From a virus (taxonomy: Duplodnaviria > Heunggongvirae > Uroviricota > Caudoviricetes), in IMG/VR virus record IMGVR_UViG_2713896773_000003, positions 1-20,639 of that record: 20,639 bases of DNA, one strand, 5' to 3'. The notes under the pieces were generated by a model. That model did no database searches, was not told the DNA's origin, and saw only the letters and a program-made list of their open reading frames with translations. Both the position numbers and the translations under genes were made by a program. This document shows, one piece after another, positions 15,598 to 20,639 of the stretch (within the stretch, counting starts at the first letter, position 1; each line of letters begins with the position of its first letter).

Positions 15598-16080
15598 ATG
15601 ATTAATGCCGATCCCCATTCGTCTGACTTCAACAGCTATGCCAGCGTTGGTGATCTGCGCGCGTTCGCTGCGGGGCGCGGATACACCATCCCTGCTGAAG
15701 ATGGCGAATGCAGCCAGATGCTGATGCAGGCAATGGACTTTCTGGAAGGGAAGGCCTGGCGCGGTCAGCGTTCCAGCGCATCACAGCCTCTATCCTGGCC
15801 GCGTTCCGGCGTGCGCTTCGATGGTGTTGACCTGTCGAATGATGCGATTCCACAGCGCCTGATTGATGCTCAATGTCGCCTGGCCATCGAATCGCAGGAG
15901 ATTGACCTCACCCCGTCGGTCGCTGGCGGTGGGGCGGTTACGATGGAGCGCGTCGAGGGTGCGGTAACAGTCCAGTATGAGCCGGGAACGAATAAAGCTT
16001 CTCCGTCATTCCCATGGTTCTATTCCGCACTGCGCGGGCTTGTAGTGGGCGGCAACCAGGTCCGGGTCGAAAGGGGGTAG
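15598..16080 (+). CDS. Putative head-tail connector protein (gp6-like / DnaT-like fold)
   Basis: A 160-aa ORF in the post-capsid connector position. Motif WRGQRSSASQPLSWPRSG resembles connector-like proteins annotated as DnaT-like as I recall them. Confidence 0.5.
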   Translation: MINADPHSSDFNSYASVGDLRAFAAGRGYTIPAEDGECSQMLMQAMDFLEGKAWRGQRSSASQPLSWPRSGVRFDGVDLSNDAIPQRLIDAQCRLAIESQEIDLTPSVAGGGAVTMERVEGAVTVQYEPGTNKASPSFPWFYSALRGLVVGGNQVRVERG

Positions 16081-16081
16081 C

Positions 16082-16435
16082 ATGGCAATCGACTATCGCC
16101 GCATGCGCGCGACCGCGACCCGACTGCTGACCGAGAACGGGAAGGCATATCAGCTTACCCGCGGCGGCGGCACCATCCGTGACCAGTTCGGCAAAGAGGT
16201 CACCACCCCGGCCATTACCGCGACCGTAACCGGTGTTATCACCGAATACTCCTCCCGCGAAATCGACGGTTCCCTGATCGCCACCGGCGACAAGAAGCTG
16301 GCGGCCACTTTCGAGACGGAAGTGCGCATCGATGACCGCATCGAAATCGACAGCAAAAAGTGGCGCGTGGTACAGCCGAATCCGGTTAAGCCTGCCGATG
16401 TGCTGATCTCCTACAACATCCAGCTGAGGGCGTAA
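16082..16435 (+). CDS. Putative head closure or neck protein
   Basis: A 117-aa ORF starting 2 nt after the previous stop; assignment by position and size only. Confidence 0.45.
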   Translation: MAIDYRRMRATATRLLTENGKAYQLTRGGGTIRDQFGKEVTTPAITATVTGVITEYSSREIDGSLIATGDKKLAATFETEVRIDDRIEIDSKKWRVVQPNPVKPADVLISYNIQLRA

Positions 16436-16437
16436 CT

Positions 16438-17037
16438 ATGGTGGGGTCTGTTAATCAGCCGTTCCTGGCTGCCATTCAGCTGTTCGTGGATGGCTCGAAG
16501 CAGGAGATGGACGAGGTGGTGCGCCGGACGGGTATTAAAATCCTCGCTCAACTGGTTGAGATGTCCCCGGTGGGCCAACCGGATATCTGGCAGGTCAACC
16601 AGACCGCGACGGCGTACAACACTGCGGTGCGGGAGCATAACGCGACCCTGCGTGATGACCCGGCTAATCTGACCAAATCAGGACGACTTAAGCGCGGCCT
16701 GCGCGTCAACGACTCGATGGACATCAAAAAGCCTGAGGGCTATGTCGGCGGGCGGTTTAAAAACAACTGGTATGTGGGCTTTGACAGCCAGCCAAGCCAA
16801 TCCAACGACACCCCCGACGCTTCCGGCCAGGGTTCCAACTCCCGCGGTCTGGCAGTGCTCGAGGTGTTCCGGGTAGGGCAGGTCAGCTCGATTTTCTTCA
16901 CCAATAATCTGCCATATGCGGCAGCACTGGAGAACGGGCATTCCGGCCAGGCACCCGGCGGCATGGTGGGCATCACTGCGCTGGATGCCGCGCAGTTGTT
17001 CCGTGAGGCAATGAGCGAGGTGCGCAATGGCCAGTGA
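16438..17037 (+). CDS. Putative neck or tail-completion protein (HK97 gp10-like position)
   Basis: A 199-aa ORF tightly packed with neighbours; assignment by position only. Confidence 0.45.
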   Translation: MVGSVNQPFLAAIQLFVDGSKQEMDEVVRRTGIKILAQLVEMSPVGQPDIWQVNQTATAYNTAVREHNATLRDDPANLTKSGRLKRGLRVNDSMDIKKPEGYVGGRFKNNWYVGFDSQPSQSNDTPDASGQGSNSRGLAVLEVFRVGQVSSIFFTNNLPYAAALENGHSGQAPGGMVGITALDAAQLFREAMSEVRNGQ

Positions 17038-17476
17038 CCAGTCAATGCGAATTGCTGAACTACTGGAGAGCCGCATTGCGGTTATCTGCTTATCGCTTGG
17101 GCTGCCCGTAGCCTGGCCGAACATACCGTTTACTCCCCCGGATAGCTCACCATACGGGCGTGTTTATGTTCTGCCGGCACAGACGGTGGGGCAAGACCTG
17201 GAAGGTCAATTGCGAACCTATCAGGGCATCCTGCAGCTCAACATCATTGCGCCAGCAGGCAGCGGCGTGACGCAGGCCAGAGGGCTGGCTAAATCTGTCG
17301 CTGATGCATTTCCTGAAGGGCTTGCGCTGGTGGATGGTGACCTGACTGTTTATATCAATGGGCCGCCGCAGGTGAGACAACCCATCCAGGACCGGCCAAC
17401 CTCGGCGTCCAACGGGTCCAGTGGCTCCATAACCTACACCATTCCCGTCAGCATGCAGTACCGCGCTGACTACTGA
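17027..17476 (+). CDS. Putative tail terminator or tail-completion protein
   Basis: A 149-aa ORF overlapping the upstream gene by 11 nt, immediately before the major tail gene and followed by a terminator hairpin. Confidence 0.5.
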   Translation: MASDQSMRIAELLESRIAVICLSLGLPVAWPNIPFTPPDSSPYGRVYVLPAQTVGQDLEGQLRTYQGILQLNIIAPAGSGVTQARGLAKSVADAFPEGLALVDGDLTVYINGPPQVRQPIQDRPTSASNGSSGSITYTIPVSMQYRADY

Positions 17477-17499
17477 CCCGCCAGATGGCGGGTTTTTTA
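17477..17499 (+). terminator. Rho-independent terminator-like hairpin before the major tail gene
   Basis: Perfect stem CCCGCC (17477-17482) / GGCGGG (17487-17492) with loop AGAT, followed by TTTTTTATT (17493-17501). Confidence 0.6.
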
Positions 17500-17522
17500 T
17501 TACCTAAATTCAGGAGAGTGCT

Positions 17523-18455
17523 ATGGCATTCGCAATCCCTAACGGCTCGCGTGTTAACGTGGCCAAGGCCTATCAGGCTCCCATCACCTTTACCGCTGCC
17601 TCTAACGCTACTGAATGCGAACTGACTGTTGCATCTGCCGCTGGCATCCTGGCGGGCGACGTAGTGCAGGTGAGCTCCGGCTGGCTAAAACTCGATAATA
17701 TGGTGCTGCGCGTTAAATCCGTAGCCGGTACCAAAATCGTGCTGGATTCGTTCGATACCTCTGACACCACCAAATTCCCGGCAGGCACTGGCGCGGGCAC
17801 GCTGCGTAAAATCGACACGTGGATCACGATGCCGCAGGTGATGACCCTCTCCACAGAGGGTGGTGACCAGCAGACCATCAGCGTGCAGTTCCTTGAAGAC
17901 GATAAGGCCCGTACCATCCCGACCTTCAAAAACGCCGTGGTGCAGGTCTACACCTTCGCGCACGATCCGCTGCTGGCAATTTACAAGCGTCTGAGTGAAC
18001 TTGACGAATCCAGCGACACCACTGCTGTGTGGTTCCATAACCCGCGCGGCAAAGCGGACCGTTATTACTCTGCCAAAGTGTCTTTCCAGAAGGTGCCTAA
18101 GACCGAAATCAACGCCGTGGAAAGCAACGAAGCGCGCATGAACTTCGAATCGGATATGCAGATTTACCCGATCGCCGATTCATCCGTTACGCCGCTGGCG
18201 TTCCTGACTGATCTGCCATCAACCAAAGCAGTTAGTGTTGGAGATGCGCTCGATTTAGCCGTCGTTATGCAAGGCGGCTCAGCCCCTTACACCTACGTGT
18301 GGAAGAAAGGAAGCTCCGCAATTCCGGGCAAAACCGCCTCGACGTTCAACATTTCGTCTGTCTCATCCGGTGATGCTGGCGTTTATACCTGCGAAGTCAC
18401 TGACGCCGCAGGCAAGACCCTAACGTCGGCGGCATGCACCGTTACTGTCAGCTAA
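17523..18455 (+). CDS. Major tail (tube) protein with C-terminal Ig-like domain
   Basis: AGGAGAG RBS. 310 aa. C-terminal about 85 aa carry Ig-like hallmarks (PYTYVWKKGSSAIPGKTASTFNISSVSSGDAGVYTCEVTDAAGKTLTSAACTVTV). Lies upstream of the chaperone and tape-measure genes. Confidence 0.75.
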   Translation: MAFAIPNGSRVNVAKAYQAPITFTAASNATECELTVASAAGILAGDVVQVSSGWLKLDNMVLRVKSVAGTKIVLDSFDTSDTTKFPAGTGAGTLRKIDTWITMPQVMTLSTEGGDQQTISVQFLEDDKARTIPTFKNAVVQVYTFAHDPLLAIYKRLSELDESSDTTAVWFHNPRGKADRYYSAKVSFQKVPKTEINAVESNEARMNFESDMQIYPIADSSVTPLAFLTDLPSTKAVSVGDALDLAVVMQGGSAPYTYVWKKGSSAIPGKTASTFNISSVSSGDAGVYTCEVTDAAGKTLTSAACTVTVS

Positions 18456-18463
18456 CCAATCAG

Positions 18464-18486
18464 GCCCGGTTCGCCGGGCTTTATTT
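18464..18486 (+). terminator. Rho-independent terminator after the major tail gene
   Basis: Perfect stem GCCCGG (18464-18469) / CCGGGC (18474-18479) with UUCG tetraloop, followed by TTTATTT. Confidence 0.65.
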
Positions 18487-18671
18487 CGCAATGAGTACCG
18501 CTGGCGAATTTTCTGTATTCGCATTACCCATCTTTTCAAACTGCGCCTTCACACGCGCTCTCTAACCAAGAACCTTTCAGAAAGCGTTCCTGAGAACTGC
18601 CGTTAGTGCCGGTGGGCCTCTTGGGGCGGCTTTTCTGTGTGAACAGGTTCGCTTTTTAAAAGGTACACACC

Positions 18672-19202
18672 ATGAATCACCCAACCGTCTCAGTGAATGG
18701 GGTCTCCGTCCGCGTTGATGACGAAGGCCGGTACAGTCTTAACGATCTTCATGCGGCAGCGGTAGCTAACGGAGAGGCTACTGAGTCACAAAGGCCCAGC
18801 GTCTTCCTGCGTAGCGCGCAGATCAAACGCTTCGTTAAAGCGCTAAAATCCAAAGCACTAAAAAGTGCTTCGGAACAAAATCAACCACTTAAGGTTATAA
18901 AAGGCGGTGATCAAAGTGGTGCATGGGGCATTGAACTTCTGGCAATCCGCTATGCCGCCTGGATAAAGCCAGAGTTTGAGATTGAAGTGTACGAAGTATT
19001 TAGAACAGTGGTGCGTCTTGGTATCAGTGCCATGTCCCGCCTGAACAAAATCGACCACATCATCAACACTGAAACCAAGGCAATTAGCCAGTGTGCCAGC
19101 CAAATGGCCAAGTGGGGTGTTGGTGGTCGCAAGCAGCTATTACATGCAGCCCGGGATCGCGTCGCCGACGAAGTCCAGATGTATCTGCCCGGCATTAACT
19201 AA
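18672..19202 (+). CDS. KilA-N domain protein (DNA-binding domain with a C-terminal extension of unknown function)
   Basis: N-terminal region VSVNGVSVRVDDEGRYSLNDLHAA ... AWGIELLAIRYAAWIKPEF matches the KilA-N / APSES-like pattern. Preceded by a 216-bp non-coding region and followed by a hairpin terminator; more AT-rich than the flanking tail genes. Confidence 0.7.
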   Translation: MNHPTVSVNGVSVRVDDEGRYSLNDLHAAAVANGEATESQRPSVFLRSAQIKRFVKALKSKALKSASEQNQPLKVIKGGDQSGAWGIELLAIRYAAWIKPEFEIEVYEVFRTVVRLGISAMSRLNKIDHIINTETKAISQCASQMAKWGVGGRKQLLHAARDRVADEVQMYLPGIN

Positions 19203-19204
19203 TA

Positions 19205-19228
19205 CCCGCTACGGCGGGTTTCGTTTTT
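19205..19228 (+). terminator. Terminator-like hairpin after the KilA-N gene
   Basis: Stem CCCGC (19205-19209) / GCGGG (19214-19218) with loop TACG, followed by TTTCGTTTTT. Confidence 0.55.
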
Positions 19229-19241
19229 CTAAGGAACCGAA

Positions 19242-19580
19242 ATGACCAAATTCTCCCTGATCCCGAACCCGACCTTCTCCGTTACCGCCAGCATCCCGCG
19301 CGCTGGTGCTGAAGACGGCAAGCTGACCTTTACCTTCCGCCACAAGACACTGGAAGAGCTGCGCTCTATGGATGAAAAGCTGCAAAAGTCGGCTGAAGGT
19401 AAAAAGGCTGCTATCGAGCCGCAGGCCGACTACCTCATGGAAATTGTCGAGGGGTGGGCACTACCTGACGAGTTCACCCGCGACAACGTTATTGTCCTTC
19501 TTCAGAACTACCCGCGCGCGTTCGACAGCATCGGTCTGGCCTACACCAAAGAGCTGATGGGTATCCGCGAAAAAAACTAA
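19242..19580 (+). CDS. Tail assembly chaperone (lambda gpG-like)
   Basis: A 112-aa ORF with AAGGAA RBS, directly upstream of the tape measure gene, ending in a run of 7 A that forms a slippery site. Confidence 0.75.
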   Translation: MTKFSLIPNPTFSVTASIPRAGAEDGKLTFTFRHKTLEELRSMDEKLQKSAEGKKAAIEPQADYLMEIVEGWALPDEFTRDNVIVLLQNYPRAFDSIGLAYTKELMGIREKN

Positions 19581-19885
19581 GGCAGGTCGCCGCAGCGTTG
19601 TACACGCCGGGACCGACTCTCGCGGAGTTAGCCGCTTTTGGTTTGACGCCTGAGGACGTGGAGGAAGAGGTGGGTATCCTGCCCTCTGTGTGGAAGTCTT
19701 TCACCATCTTCTCTGCCCTGGCAACCCAGTGGCGCGTCGGCGCGAGCGGGGCGACCGGCCTTGATTACAACGTTCTCCCCTGGATGTTCGAGTTACACGG
19801 GGTTGAGGATGCGGCGGCCTGCATGGCTGACCTTCAAATTATGGAAAGCGAGGCTCTCAAGGTAATGCATAAGGAGACGAAATAA
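19242..19885 (+). CDS. Tail assembly chaperone G-T fusion (gpGT-like), produced by -1 frameshift near 19571-19577
   Basis: Track ORF 19598..19885 lies in the -1 frame relative to G and ends 1 nt into the tape measure start codon (TAATG). Conserved G then T then tape-measure arrangement. The coordinates span a frameshifted product, not a continuous ORF. Confidence 0.55.
19571..19577 (+). other. Programmed -1 ribosomal frameshift site (slippery heptamer A_AAA_AAC) for G-T fusion
   Basis: Zero-frame codons GAA AAA AAC TAA end the G gene. The -1 frame is open from 19577 to the TAA at 19883-19885 with no stop. The heptamer is analogous to the known U_UUA_AAC class of slippery sites. Confidence 0.55.
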
Positions 19886-20639
19886 TGACAGACCAGATCG
19901 CCTCGATTACTTTGCGGGCCGATGTTTCTGACCTGAAAACAGCCAGCAACGAACTGGATAAACTCGGCCAGGCGGCGGCCGGTGCTGTAGATAAAGCAGA
20001 TGATCTGAATAGCGTGTTTCGCGCTGGCGCTGAATCTGCGAAGCAAGGCAGCGAAGGACTCAAGGAGCAGCAGAACGCGCTCAAAGGGCTGCTGGAGAAT
20101 ATCGACCCGGTTACCAAGGCCTTAAACCGCCTGGATGAGCAGCAAGAATCGCTGCGGAAATTCCAGGCCAAAGGTTTCCTGGATACCGATACCTTTCAGG
20201 CATACAACAAAATCCTGGATGACACCCGCCTCAAGCTGACCGACACCGGAGAAGCCGCGGCGCGCGCTCAGGCTGAATTAGCCGCTACCCAGGCGGCAGA
20301 AAAGCAGTCCGCAGCGTTAAAGAACCTTCTTGGATCCATCGACCCGACTATCCGCGCGTTCAATTCGTTGGATGAACAGCACGCACAGCTGGTGGAACAT
20401 TTCGAAGCTGGGCGCATTAACGGTGCTCAGTTCGAGCACTTCAACACAATCCTTAACCAGACGCGTGAGCGCCTCTCTGGTGTCGCTGACGTACTACCAG
20501 AGGCGCTATCCCGGCAGGAAGCTGCTGCCCGGCGCGCTGGAATCTCCGTTGGTCAGTACAGCGCAGCAATGCGCACGCTTCCGGCGCAATTCACCGATAT
20601 CGCCACGCAGCTGGCTGGCGGTCAGTCGCCGTTCCTGAT
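19885..20639 (+). CDS. Tail tape measure protein, N-terminal part (3' end beyond window)
   Basis: Not in the ORF track because no stop occurs in the window. ATG 19885 preceded by AAGGAG (19871-19876); I translated 251 codons with no stop. Product MTDQIASITLRADVSDLKTASNELDKLGQAAAGAVDKADD ... ends with GISVGQYSAAMRTLPAQFTDIATQLAGGQSPFL, a lambda-H-like tape-measure motif. Confidence 0.85.
   Translation, partial: MTDQIASITLRADVSDLKTASNELDKLGQAAAGAVDKADDLNSVFRAGAESAKQGSEGLKEQQNALKGLLENIDPVTKALNRLDEQQESLRKFQAKGFLDTDTFQAYNKILDDTRLKLTDTGEAAARAQAELAATQAAEKQSAALKNLLGSIDPTIRAFNSLDEQHAQLVEHFEAGRINGAQFEHFNTILNQTRERLSGVADVLPEALSRQEAAARRAGISVGQYSAAMRTLPAQFTDIATQLAGGQSPFL

Noticed and set aside
1-20639. 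CRISPR array, integrase, transposase or att-site repeats
   Set aside because: No regularly spaced direct repeats and no recombinase-like ORF in the window; the integration module presumably lies outside it.

Overview
The window reads as the late half of a lambdoid, siphovirus-type prophage from a GC-rich enterobacterial host, with every supported gene on the + strand. In order: the 3' end of an early-region gene and three hypothetical genes; a nin region (NinB, NinE-like, NinG/Rap) with an inserted AT-rich HNH endonuclease gene; a Q-like antiterminator; a 478-bp non-coding late-control region with a PR'-like promoter and two terminators; a phage-21-type lysis cassette (dual-start pinholin, SAR endolysin, Rz with embedded Rz1); three uncharacterised genes, two carrying HExxH motifs; terminase small and large subunits; portal; MuF-like head morphogenesis protein; scaffold; major capsid; connector and neck genes; major tail protein with an Ig-like C-terminus; tail assembly chaperones G and G-T with a -1 frameshift site; and the 5' part of the tape measure gene, which runs off the window and is absent from the ORF track. 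No tRNA, rRNA, CRISPR array, integrase or transposase was found. The most interesting material is in accessory insertions: a DUF2829/Tad2-like two-domain protein with a small partner in the head module, the HExxH cassette between lysis and terminase, and a terminator-flanked KilA-N gene in the tail module. All protein family assignments rest on motifs I recognise by eye and from memory; none was confirmed by a search.
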